From contig OZ220691.1 in NCBI GenBank assembly GCA_965116475.1, positions 384,001 through 448,000 of the forward strand: a stretch of DNA of 64,000 bases, read 5' to 3'. Below the pieces are notes generated by a model. That model was given only the letters and a program-made list of their open reading frames with translations. It did not search any database and was not told the DNA's origin. A program made the position numbers and the translations under genes. This stretch comes from Gemmatimonadota bacterium (GTDB lineage: Bacteria; Gemmatimonadota; Gemmatimonadetes; Palauibacterales; Palauibacteraceae). This document shows positions 31,022 through 40,140 of the stretch, in pieces (within the stretch, counting starts at the first letter, position 1; each line of letters starts with the position of its first letter).

Positions 31022-32028
31022 ATCGCGACCTGCTCGACTTCGCGGCGCGGCTGACCTCGGAGCGCCAGCCGTACGCGCTCGCCACGGTCGTGCGGAGCGA
31101 GCGCCCCACGAGCGGGAAGCCGGGCAACATGGCGCTGATCTCAGCGGACGGCGTCATGCACGGCTGGATCGGCGGCAGTTGCACCCGGTCGGAGGTCATC
31201 CGCCACGCGCTGGAGACCCTGGACCAGGGGGAGCCCAGGCTCCTCGCCTTCGGGTCGAGTCCCGGGCGTCCGGACGACCTGGTGCCCGTACCCATGTCCT
31301 GCAGCAGCGGAGGGAAGGTGGAGGTACACGTGAATCCGGTTCTGCCGGCCCCCGTCCTGATCGTGGCGGGCCGCTCGCCCGTCGCCCGCGCGCTGGTGCG
31401 CCTCGGCGGGGCGATGGGATACGCAACCGTGGCCGAGGCCTCCGAAGACGAGGCGCTGGCCGCAGCGGCCGACGAGGTCGCGGAGGATCTGGCGGAGACG
31501 GCGGCGCGCTACGCCGAACGCCCGCGCGGCTGGAGGCTGTACGGAGTCGTCGCCACCATGGGACGGCGAGACGAGCGGGCGCTCGCGGAGTTGGCGGCGG
31601 CAGCCCCGGACTACCTGGGCGTGATCGCCTCGCCCACCCGCATGGAGGAAGTGCGCCGCGTCCTGGCCGCCCAGGGACTCGACGCGGAGCAGATCGCGCG
31701 AGTGCGCGGCCCCGCCGGGCTCGACATCGGCGCCGAGAGCCCCGAGGAGATCGCCGTCAGCATCCTGGCGGAGATCGTCCAACGGGTGGCGCAGCCTCGG
31801 GAACCGGAGACCGTCGACGCCGATGACGCGTTGGCGGACGAAGCGACGGACGAGCCGGCGTCCGCGACGCGGGCGACCGACCCCGTGTGCGGTATGAGTG
31901 TCTCGATCTCGGGGTCTCCGTCCTCGGTATTCGAGGGGGAACCCGTCTACTTCTGCTGCGAGGGCTGCCGAACCCGATTCGACGCATCGCCGGAGGCGTA
32001 TCTCCGGGAGCAGGTCACCAGGGGGTGA
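31018..32028 (+). CDS. XdhC/CoxF-CoxI family Moco chaperone with C-terminal YHS/TRASH domain
   Basis: GWIGGSC, MSCSSGG, PAGLDIGAESPEEIAVSILAEI; C-terminal DPVCGM...YFCCEGC. Confidence 0.88.
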   Translation: MNRDLLDFAARLTSERQPYALATVVRSERPTSGKPGNMALISADGVMHGWIGGSCTRSEVIRHALETLDQGEPRLLAFGSSPGRPDDLVPVPMSCSSGGKVEVHVNPVLPAPVLIVAGRSPVARALVRLGGAMGYATVAEASEDEALAAAADEVAEDLAETAARYAERPRGWRLYGVVATMGRRDERALAELAAAAPDYLGVIASPTRMEEVRRVLAAQGLDAEQIARVRGPAGLDIGAESPEEIAVSILAEIVQRVAQPREPETVDADDALADEATDEPASATRATDPVCGMSVSISGSPSSVFEGEPVYFCCEGCRTRFDASPEAYLREQVTRG

Positions 32029-32034
32029 CAGGGG

Positions 32035-32250
32035 GTGATGTTGAAAACCGCATTGAGAGTTGCCGTGCACGTCGCGGTGATCGCATTGCTCTACCTGATG
32101 TTCTCGTTCTCGTTGTTCCTTGGACTGCAGGTCAGCACGACCTGGGGGAACGTCGGCATGGTCGTCTCCATCGGCGCCCTCATCGCCTACGTCCTGCTGG
32201 TCCTGCGCAGACGCGCCGTGCGGGTGGCAATGGAGGATAGAGACCCATGA
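32035..32250 (+). CDS. Small two-TM membrane protein inside the cox operon
   Basis: Two hydrophobic segments; ATGA overlap with coxG. Confidence 0.6.
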   Translation: MMLKTALRVAVHVAVIALLYLMFSFSLFLGLQVSTTWGNVGMVVSIGALIAYVLLVLRRRAVRVAMEDRDP

Positions 32251-32714
32251 GAATCGAGGAAGGGTTCACGATCGACGCGCCCGCCGCCGACGTGTGGGCG
32301 ATCCTCTCCGACCCGCGGCAGCTGTCGGAACTGTTGCCCGGGGCGGAAATCACGGAGCAGATCGACGACACGACGTGGGAGGGCGGCATGACCGTCAAGG
32401 TGGGACCCCTCGTCGCCGCCTATACCGGGACCGTATCGTTCCTGCTGAACCAGGAGGAGCGGTCCGCGGTGATCCGCGCCCGGGGCCAGGGCAAGGCCGG
32501 CATGGGCACCGCCGACATGACGATGAACAGCCGGGTGGCGGCGCTGCCCGACGGGGGTTCCGAGGTGACGATGGACTCGGATGTGACCGTCACCGGGATC
32601 CTCGCGCAGCTCGGCCGCGGCATGACGCAGGTCGTCTCCAAACGGATGCTGCAGGAGTTCGTCAGGAGACTGACGAGCGCCATTGAGAACGAGGCGAAGG
32701 AGGCAGGGCCATGA
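32247..32714 (+). CDS. coxG: CO dehydrogenase accessory protein CoxG (SRPBCC)
   Basis: VWAILSDP..L..LLPGA, VKVGPL, GILAQLGRG. Confidence 0.85.
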   Translation: MRIEEGFTIDAPAADVWAILSDPRQLSELLPGAEITEQIDDTTWEGGMTVKVGPLVAAYTGTVSFLLNQEERSAVIRARGQGKAGMGTADMTMNSRVAALPDGGSEVTMDSDVTVTGILAQLGRGMTQVVSKRMLQEFVRRLTSAIENEAKEAGP

Positions 32715-33649
32715 TCCCCCCGCAGTTCGATTACCACGCGCCGGCAGAACTGGAAGACGCGGTCGACCTCCTCGGCGAACTCGACGACGCGAAGGTGATG
32801 TCGGGCGGCCAGAGCCTCCTCCCGATGATGAAGCTTCGGCTCGCCTCTCCCGCGCACATCATCGACATCGGCCGCATTCCCGGGCTCGACACGATCGAGG
32901 AACGGGACGGCTACCTGCGGATCGGCGCGCTCGTGACCGAGACGCAGCTCGAGGAATCCCCGGCGGTGGCGGAGCGCTACCCGATCCTGCTCGACACGGC
33001 CCGCGTGATCGCCGACCCGCTCGTGCGCAACCGCGCCACCGTGTGCGGCAACATCGCCCACGGCGACCCGGCGAACGACCACCCGGCGACGATGCTCGCC
33101 CTGCGCGCCCGTGTCGTCGCGACCGGGCCGAACGGCGAGCGCACCATCGACATCGACGACTTCTTCCACGGCCTCTTCATGACGGCGCTCGGGGAAGACG
33201 AGATCCTCACGGAGATCCATATCCCGGTCCCCTCCGGCGCCAGCGGCGGCGCGTACGTCAAGCTGGAGCGCAAGGTGGGCGACTACGCCGTCGCCGGCGC
33301 CGCCGTGCAGCTCACGCTGGACGAGGACGGCAAGGTGACGCAGGCGGGAGTCGGGCTCACGAACCTGGGCTTCGCGCCCATCCGCGCGACCGCCGCCGAA
33401 GAGACGCTGCTCGGCGCGGACTTCGTGCCGGCGGGCGGGCTGCGCGGCGCCATCGAGCGGGTCCGCGACGCGATCACGAAGGCGCCCGACGCCGAAGAGA
33501 TCATCGCCGCCGCCGCCCAGGCCGCGGCCGATATGACCGAGCCCGTCGAGGACCGGCGCGGCTCCGTCGAATACAAGAGGAACATGGCCCGCGTGCTGAC
33601 GGCGAGGGCCATACGCCAGGCGCTGGCGCGCGCCGGGGCCGGAGGGTAG
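32711..33649 (+). CDS. coxM: Aerobic CO dehydrogenase medium (FAD) subunit
   Basis: [51 protein letters not shown]. Confidence 0.92.
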   Translation: MIPPQFDYHAPAELEDAVDLLGELDDAKVMSGGQSLLPMMKLRLASPAHIIDIGRIPGLDTIEERDGYLRIGALVTETQLEESPAVAERYPILLDTARVIADPLVRNRATVCGNIAHGDPANDHPATMLALRARVVATGPNGERTIDIDDFFHGLFMTALGEDEILTEIHIPVPSGASGGAYVKLERKVGDYAVAGAAVQLTLDEDGKVTQAGVGLTNLGFAPIRATAAEETLLGADFVPAGGLRGAIERVRDAITKAPDAEEIIAAAAQAAADMTEPVEDRRGSVEYKRNMARVLTARAIRQALARAGAGG

Positions 33650-33653
33650 AGCG

Positions 33654-34169
33654 ATGGCGACAATTCCGATCAGCGTCACCGTGAACGGCGAGACGCACGA
33701 GATGGAGGTCGAGTCGCGCCTGCTGCTCGTCCACCTGATCCGCGACGAACTGCGGCTCACCGGTACCCATATCGGCTGCGACACGACCCACTGCGGCGCC
33801 TGTACCGTGCTGCTCGACGGCAAGCCGACGAAGTCGTGCACCGTCCTCGCCGTGCAGGCGGACGGGGCCGAGATCGGGACCGTGGAAGGGCTCGCCGGGG
33901 CCGACGGCATGCACGCGCTCCAGGAGGGCTTCTGGGAGAAGCACGGCCTCCAGTGCGGCTTCTGCACGCCCGGCATGCTGATGACCGGCGCCGCCCTCCT
34001 CAAGGCGAACCCGAACCCGAGCGAGGCGGAGATCCGCGAGGCGATCTCCGGCAATCTCTGCCGCTGCACCGGCTACGTGAACATCGTGAAGGCGGTGCAG
34101 TACGCCGCCGAGAAGATGGGCGCCGCCGCCGAAACCGCGAACGCCGCGACCGACGGGGAGGACAGCTGA
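33654..34169 (+). CDS. coxS: Aerobic CO dehydrogenase small (2Fe-2S) subunit
   Basis: [29 protein letters not shown]. Confidence 0.95.
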   Translation: MATIPISVTVNGETHEMEVESRLLLVHLIRDELRLTGTHIGCDTTHCGACTVLLDGKPTKSCTVLAVQADGAEIGTVEGLAGADGMHALQEGFWEKHGLQCGFCTPGMLMTGAALLKANPNPSEAEIREAISGNLCRCTGYVNIVKAVQYAAEKMGAAAETANAATDGEDS

Positions 34170-36535
34170 TGGCACCGAAGACTTCCGCCGACATCTGCGG
34201 CATGGGGCACTCCATGAAGCGCAAGGAGGATCCGCGCTTCCTGCAGGGCAAAGGCAACTACATCGACGACATCGTCCTCCCCGGCATGCTGTGGCTCGAC
34301 ATCGTCCGCAGCCCGATCGCCTACGGGAAGATCAACGGCATCGACTCGAGCAAGGCGCTGGAGGTGCCCGGCGTGCTCGCCGTCCTCACCGGCAAGGACC
34401 TCGAGGCGTACAACCTGCACTGGATGCCGACGCTGATGTCGGACACGCAGATGGTGCTCCCCACGGACACCATCATGTACCAGTCGCAGGAGGTCGCCGC
34501 CGTCATCGCCACCTCGCGCTACGCCGCCGCCGACGGGGTGGCCGCGGTCGAGGTCGACTACGAGCCCATGAAGCCCGTCATCGACCCCTTCAAGGCGCTC
34601 GAGGAGGACGCGCCCGTCCTCCGCACCGACAAGGAGGGCCAGACCGACAACCGCATCTGGCACTGGGAGGCCGGCGACAAGGCGGCCACCGACAAGGTGT
34701 TCGAGGAGGCGGACGTCGTCGTGCGCGAGAGCATGCACGTGCCGCGCATCCACGTGGCCTCCATCGAGACGTGCGGCTGCGTGGCCGACTTCAACGCCGT
34801 CGAGGGCCACCTCACCGTCTACATGACGAGCCAGGCCCCCCACGCGATCCGCACCGTGCTCGCGCTGGTGGCCGGACACGTCGGGCTCTCCGAGGAGAAG
34901 ATCCGCGTCGTGTCGCCCGACATCGGGGGCGGCTTCGGCGGCAAGGTGCCGGTCTACCCCGGCTACGTGATCGCGATCGCGGCCTCCGTCGTGCTGGGCA
35001 AGCCGGTCAAGTGGATCGAGGACCGGATGGAGAACCTCCAGGCCGACTCCTTCGCGCGCGACTACCACATGGACGCCGAACTCGCCGCCGACGCCGACGG
35101 GAAGATCCGCGGGCTCCGCATCAAGACGCTCGCGGACCACGGCTACTCCGACGCCCAGGCCGCGCCCTCCAAGTTCCCCGCCGGGCTCTTCTCCATCTGC
35201 ACCGGCTCGTACGACATGGAGCAGGCCTACGCCGAGGTGGACGCCGTCTACACGAACAAGCCGCCCGGCGGCGTCGCCTACCGCTGCTCCTTCCGCGTGA
35301 CCGAGGCCGTGCACTGCATGGAGCGCGTCGTCGACACGCTGGCCCACAAGATCGGTAAGGATCCGGCGCAACTGCGCGAGGAGAACTTCATCCCGAAGGA
35401 GGCCTTCCCCTACCAGTCGCCCCTGGGCTGGGAGTACGACAGCGGCGATTACCAGGCCGCGATGGACAAGGCCAAGGAGATGATCGGCTACGACGACCTG
35501 CGCCGCGAGCAGGCCGAGAAGCGCGCCCGCGGCGAACTGATGGGGATCGGCGTATGCAGCTTCACCGAGGTGCTGGGCGCGGGGCCGTCCAAGGACTTCG
35601 ACATCCTCGGCATCAAGATGTTCGACTCCGCCGAGGTGCGCGTACACCCCACCGGCAAAGCGATCGCCCGCTTCGGCACCAAGTCGCAGGGCCAGGGCCA
35701 CGAGACCACCTACGCGCAGATCATCGCCGAGGAACTCGGCCTCCCCGCCGCACACGTCCAGGTCGAGGAGGGCGACACCGACACCGCCCCGTACGGCCTG
35801 GGCACCTACGCCAGCCGCTCGACCCCGACCGCCGGCGCCGCGGGCGCGATGGCCGCACGCCAGATCCGCGCCAAGGCCGCGAAGATCGCCGCCCACCTGA
35901 TGGAGGTGAGCGAGGAGGACCTCGAGTGGGAGCCCGGGAAGTTCTCCGTGAAGGGCGCCCCCGACCGGTTCGTGACGATCCAGGACTGCGCCTTCGCCGC
36001 CTACACGAACCTCCCCGAGGGAATGGAGCCGGGGATGGAGGCGACGAACTACTACGACCCGCCCAACCTCACCTTCCCCTTCGGCACGTACATCTGCGTG
36101 GTCGACATCGACCGCGGCACCGGCGAGGTGACGGTGCGCCGCTTCGTGGCCGTGGACGACTGCGGCAATATCATCAACCCCATGATCGTGCAGGGCCAGA
36201 TCCACGGCGGCCTCACCCAGGGCATCGGTCCCGCGCTGTTCGAGGAGATCCCCTACGACGAGGACGGCAACAACCTCGCCGGCTCGTTCATGGACTACCT
36301 CGTCCCCACCTCCATGGAGACCCCCGCCTGGGAGACCGGCCACACCGTCACGCCGTCACCCCACCACCCCCTCGGCGCCAAGGGCGTCGGCGAGTCCGCC
36401 ACCGTGGGCGCGCCACCGGCGATCGCGAACGCCGTCGTGGACGCGCTCGCGCACCTGGGCGTGACGCACCTCGACATCCCCATCACCCCCGACAAGGTGT
36501 GGGCGGTCCTCCACAGAAAAGGACTCACCGAGTGA
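34169..36535 (+). CDS. coxL: Aerobic CO dehydrogenase large subunit, form I (Mo-Cu)
   Basis: Active-site loop AYRCSFR (about 35276-35296); MSL gene order; GMGHSMKRKEDPRF N-terminus. Confidence 0.95.
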   Translation: MAPKTSADICGMGHSMKRKEDPRFLQGKGNYIDDIVLPGMLWLDIVRSPIAYGKINGIDSSKALEVPGVLAVLTGKDLEAYNLHWMPTLMSDTQMVLPTDTIMYQSQEVAAVIATSRYAAADGVAAVEVDYEPMKPVIDPFKALEEDAPVLRTDKEGQTDNRIWHWEAGDKAATDKVFEEADVVVRESMHVPRIHVASIETCGCVADFNAVEGHLTVYMTSQAPHAIRTVLALVAGHVGLSEEKIRVVSPDIGGGFGGKVPVYPGYVIAIAASVVLGKPVKWIEDRMENLQADSFARDYHMDAELAADADGKIRGLRIKTLADHGYSDAQAAPSKFPAGLFSICTGSYDMEQAYAEVDAVYTNKPPGGVAYRCSFRVTEAVHCMERVVDTLAHKIGKDPAQLREENFIPKEAFPYQSPLGWEYDSGDYQAAMDKAKEMIGYDDLRREQAEKRARGELMGIGVCSFTEVLGAGPSKDFDILGIKMFDSAEVRVHPTGKAIARFGTKSQGQGHETTYAQIIAEELGLPAAHVQVEEGDTDTAPYGLGTYASRSTPTAGAAGAMAARQIRAKAAKIAAHLMEVSEEDLEWEPGKFSVKGAPDRFVTIQDCAFAAYTNLPEGMEPGMEATNYYDPPNLTFPFGTYICVVDIDRGTGEVTVRRFVAVDDCGNIINPMIVQGQIHGGLTQGIGPALFEEIPYDEDGNNLAGSFMDYLVPTSMETPAWETGHTVTPSPHHPLGAKGVGESATVGAPPAIANAVVDALAHLGVTHLDIPITPDKVWAVLHRKGLTE

Positions 36536-36631
36536 AGATTGCCAAGCTGCTTCCAACCTATCGGTCCCACCGGCTCGACCCTTGCTCCTCCTTTTCTTCC
36601 CCCAACGTACTCCTGCGCAGAAAGGATACCG

Positions 36632-37030
36632 ATGCCTGATACTAACTATGTCGCAAATTATGCGGCACGCATTACCCGCATTCTCCCCACAGAATTTGTC
36701 GGTGCCTATCTCACCGTAACCCAAGTCGTCCGGCATAACCTTGACTTCCGCCAGCCCGCACTGTTGTTGTCACTGTTTGTTTGTTTATTCCTCATCCCTA
36801 CGTTCCTTACTCGGATCAAGGGGATCAACAATCGGCAACATCACCGCGTCGTCCAGATCTCCTTTCTCGTCTGGGTCTACGCACTCGGAGACTTGTTTCA
36901 GCCCGGACGACTGCTCCCTTATGACCTGTATCATCCAGAACTTGGCACAGTCCTTCTTGTCCTTTGGGGCCTCGTTCCCCTCGTATTGCACATTGAACCC
37001 CATGCGGAGGTACAAGACAATGGTAGCTAA
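36632..37030 (+). CDS. Hypothetical ~4-TM membrane protein
   Basis: AAAGGA RBS; YAARITRILPTEFVGAYL...ISFLVWVYALG; lower GC. Confidence 0.7.
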   Translation: MPDTNYVANYAARITRILPTEFVGAYLTVTQVVRHNLDFRQPALLLSLFVCLFLIPTFLTRIKGINNRQHHRVVQISFLVWVYALGDLFQPGRLLPYDLYHPELGTVLLVLWGLVPLVLHIEPHAEVQDNGS

Positions 37031-37823
37031 CCGTCCACTCCCGTGCTGCCGTATCGTGATGGCCGCGATCATGCTTTCGATCGCACCAAGTGGATCCTAT
37101 GCTCAAATAGATGTGTATCCGAAGCTTGACCCCTATCACTCGAAACGTCTCTTTTTTGAAACGAGTCCGTTCGGCACGCTCGCCCTTATGCCCAATGTGA
37201 GGTCTCCATCTCAAGCGAAGCTCGAACACCAATATATGGCATTCCCAAAGAGCGGATCATATGACATTCCAGCGCGTTCCGAGTGGTGGTTTGTCGTCAA
37301 TCATAGAAAAAGCGTGGCCGCAACAGATGACTATACATATGTCGGTGTTTTTATAGCCAGGTTGTTGTCGGCAGAACAGATAGAGCCGCTAAAACTACAG
37401 CGCAACGAGGGTTGGTACAGCGGACAAGATCTCGATGCCATGGATGAGGACTTTATCTCGTGGAGCAATTTCTTCGTACTTCAAGATTCTGACGCGGAAG
37501 AAGCTTTTCGACAGGAGTATGGCGAATGGCACGCTCTCCCTGATTCGGAGGCAAGGAATTCTTCTTGGTTTCATCGCGACAGGTGGCTTAGTGACGATAG
37601 TATCAATAGTTGCTTTGGGGATGTTATTGGTCAAGAGCCCGACTCGTCTTTCATCTCATATCGCGCCCATCTCATTCGATTTCAGGTCACGTCAGGAGTG
37701 AACACGCAAAGACCTGTGGCGTGGAACGTCGCTGAACTGAACATGGCTCGTGGTATATTTGTAAAGACGTTTTCGCCGGAAGGCGTTGGGCTAAATCTGG
37801 AGTACTGTTTGGCTCTCCGATAG
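37020..37823 (+). CDS. Hypothetical secreted protein
   Basis: Overlaps the upstream stop; signal-like N-terminus ending SYA-Q; long ORF in lower-GC DNA. Confidence 0.6.
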   Translation: MVANRPLPCCRIVMAAIMLSIAPSGSYAQIDVYPKLDPYHSKRLFFETSPFGTLALMPNVRSPSQAKLEHQYMAFPKSGSYDIPARSEWWFVVNHRKSVAATDDYTYVGVFIARLLSAEQIEPLKLQRNEGWYSGQDLDAMDEDFISWSNFFVLQDSDAEEAFRQEYGEWHALPDSEARNSSWFHRDRWLSDDSINSCFGDVIGQEPDSSFISYRAHLIRFQVTSGVNTQRPVAWNVAELNMARGIFVKTFSPEGVGLNLEYCLALR

Positions 37824-37905
37824 CCAATTGTCAGCTTGGTGCAGAAACTGTCGATCGATTCGGTCCCTTACGATGAACTGAAGGGCCGTTCGGGCGGTCT
37901 CGGAT

Positions 37906-38342
37906 TGGAGTTGCCCCGCTCTCACGGACACCTTTCCATTGGGCCAACCAAGGAAATGTGTCGTGGCGGCAGGAGCGGGGCGGTACCCGCCGGAGTACCG
38001 GGAGCGGCTGGTCGAGCTTGCGCGGTCCGGTCGTAGCGCGCGCTCGGGAGTTCGATCCCTTCGGAGTAGACGATCCGCAACTGGGTCAAGCAGGCGGAGC
38101 TGGACGAGGGGGAACGGAGTGACGGGCTGACGGCGGAAGCGCGGAGCGAGATGTCGCATCTGCGTCGTGAGAACGGGCGGCTCCGGACGGAGCGGGACAT
38201 CCCAAAAAATGGCCGTGGCCTGGTTCGCGAAGGAGAGCGGATCGATCCCCGGCGGGGGTACACGTTCATGAAGGCGCACCGGGCCGAGTTCTCGCTCCGC
38301 GCCATGTGCCGGGTGCTGGGTCTCTCCTCCAGTGGGTACTAC
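37906..38342 (+). mobile_element. IS3-family element remnant (left IR, frameshifted orfA, start of orfB)
   Basis: TG...TGCCCC...GGACAC left end; RYPPEYRERLVELARSG and LRRENGRLRTERDI (OrfA); A6 run at 38204-38209; MCRVLGLSSSGYY (OrfB start), then truncation. Confidence 0.8.
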
Positions 38343-38604
38343 ATCGTGGACCTCATGGACGGCGACCGCGGCGCCTATTGGGAAGGGGGGGGGGGGGGGG
38401 TCGCCCAAGCGCTTGACAAACCAGTCGGATACATCATGCACCAAGCAGCCTTCGATGAGACCGAGGCGCACTTCGACACGAACCACTAACACGATCGTTT
38501 TTGGGGGGCCGGGAAAGACAGATGATCAGTTCGTAGAAGAACTCATCGCCACGCTTCGGCGATACCCTAGTCGGCTGGACCTTTGGGATATCCTCAGGAG
38601 GTAG
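38343..38604 (+). pseudogene. C-terminal remnant of a nucleoside 2-deoxyribosyltransferase/TIR-like protein
   Basis: IVDL..D.GAYWE.G..ALDKPV.Y...HFDTNH, then in another frame FVEELIATLRR; G16 tract within it. Confidence 0.55.
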
Positions 38605-38623
38605 ATGGTAAGAGGCAAACGGG

Positions 38624-40060
38624 TCAGCGTGGGTCGGCCTCTACTGCTGCTGCGAAACGACCAATCCAACGCTCAATAAAGCTCCCATCCTCCCCTTGGT
38701 CGATCGTAACCGGGGACTTTGCCAGCTCAATCCTATGAAGCCCTCCGCGCAGCGCCCACTGAGCATTCTCACTCGCGGGAGGAAGCGAGAATGGGTTCAC
38801 ACGGGCTCTCTCAGCGAACAGCGCGCCAATCCTGAAGGCAAGCTCATACCATCGACAGCCACTGTCACTTCGCTGTACATACCACAGGGAATGAGACTGG
38901 CCTTCATGTCCATCTCGATCACGAGGAATACTCAACGTTATTGCCGTAGATGCTACCACGGTGCCCTCCAAACGACCGTGTTCAGGCAGCATTGCGTTCT
39001 CGCTCTTGATTGGCTCCACGTCGAGAGTCGCGCTCCCCAGCGTAAACCGCCACCCTGAGACCTCATCGCCACTTACTTCAGAGGCTGATGCAAGAGAGCA
39101 AATCCGCCGTTCAAGTAGTTCAATCATACGTTTCAAAGATGCTTTCGCGGCTACTCGCAGTTGTTCCCTACGCTCTCGGTCAGACCGATCGCGCGACGCA
39201 GTCCTAGCGCGCTCCATCCGCTGACGAACCACTCCCAAGTTCGCCTCCTGAAGACGTTGCGCGGCCTCCGATTCCGGCTGAGCTAACTGCTGCAGTCTCG
39301 CCAACACATTGGTGGCAGACGGGCGCGCACGTGGCTCCTTGTACAAGCACTCCTCGACCATCGATGCCACCCTAGGAGGAATATCGGCGATCGGCTTGGG
39401 TGAGTCGTGGAGATGTTGTTGACGGAAATCGTTCCGGTCTGGTCCTCGAAACGGAAGCGTCCCAGCCAGCAACTCATAGGCAACGACGCCAAACGAATAG
39501 ATGTCTGTGGCGCTCGACGCAGTCTCGCCCCGCCACTGCTCCGGTGCCGCATACGCGGGCGTCCAGACGAACTTCCGCGTTTCGGTGACCGTGGTGGCGT
39601 CGGCATACTTAGAGATACCGAAGTCTGCAAGACGCCAACAGGCATTGAGCTCGAGTATGTTGGCAGGTTTGACGTCCCGGTGGATAATGCGGCCATCCAT
39701 GGAAGCGAGGGCCTCCGCGATATCGACGAGAATTCCCTTGGCGTCATCTACTGAGAGTGGCGTAGTCGGACTCGAGAGGAAGGCAGCCAAGGTTCGTTCG
39801 GCCCTCGGCATCAGAATGACCCAGTAATCATTCCACTCTCCGCGATCCAACACAGGTATCACGTTCCGGAGATCTGCAAGGTCCGGAAATAAGAGTTCGC
39901 GATCAGCTCCGGGGTCCTTGGGAATGAACTTGGCGACATGGGGTTCGGCGCCAGCGGATTCCACTAGGAACACTCTGCCAAATCCGCCTGAGCCTATCTG
40001 TTCTCTCACGGACCAATCTTGCCCAAGGCGCACCGTCCGTGGTGGCTGGAAGTTGAACAC
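38624..40060 (-). CDS. Hanks-type Ser/Thr protein kinase with coiled coil and unknown C-terminal domain
   Basis: IGSGGFGRV, VAK, IHRDVKPANIL, DFGI, YAAPEQW, DIYSFG; GTG start after GAAAGGA (alternative start 40090). Confidence 0.9.
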   Translation of the reverse strand: MFNFQPPRTVRLGQDWSVREQIGSGGFGRVFLVESAGAEPHVAKFIPKDPGADRELLFPDLADLRNVIPVLDRGEWNDYWVILMPRAERTLAAFLSSPTTPLSVDDAKGILVDIAEALASMDGRIIHRDVKPANILELNACWRLADFGISKYADATTVTETRKFVWTPAYAAPEQWRGETASSATDIYSFGVVAYELLAGTLPFRGPDRNDFRQQHLHDSPKPIADIPPRVASMVEECLYKEPRARPSATNVLARLQQLAQPESEAAQRLQEANLGVVRQRMERARTASRDRSDRERREQLRVAAKASLKRMIELLERRICSLASASEVSGDEVSGWRFTLGSATLDVEPIKSENAMLPEHGRLEGTVVASTAITLSIPRDRDGHEGQSHSLWYVQRSDSGCRWYELAFRIGALFAERARVNPFSLPPASENAQWALRGGLHRIELAKSPVTIDQGEDGSFIERWIGRFAAAVEADPR

Positions 40061-40140
40061 TGGAATGGTAGGTCCTTTCTGGTCGATCAAGCCGCGGCAC
40101 GGGTTGGCGCATAGGTGAGCTGGTGGGAACCACTGGTTAC

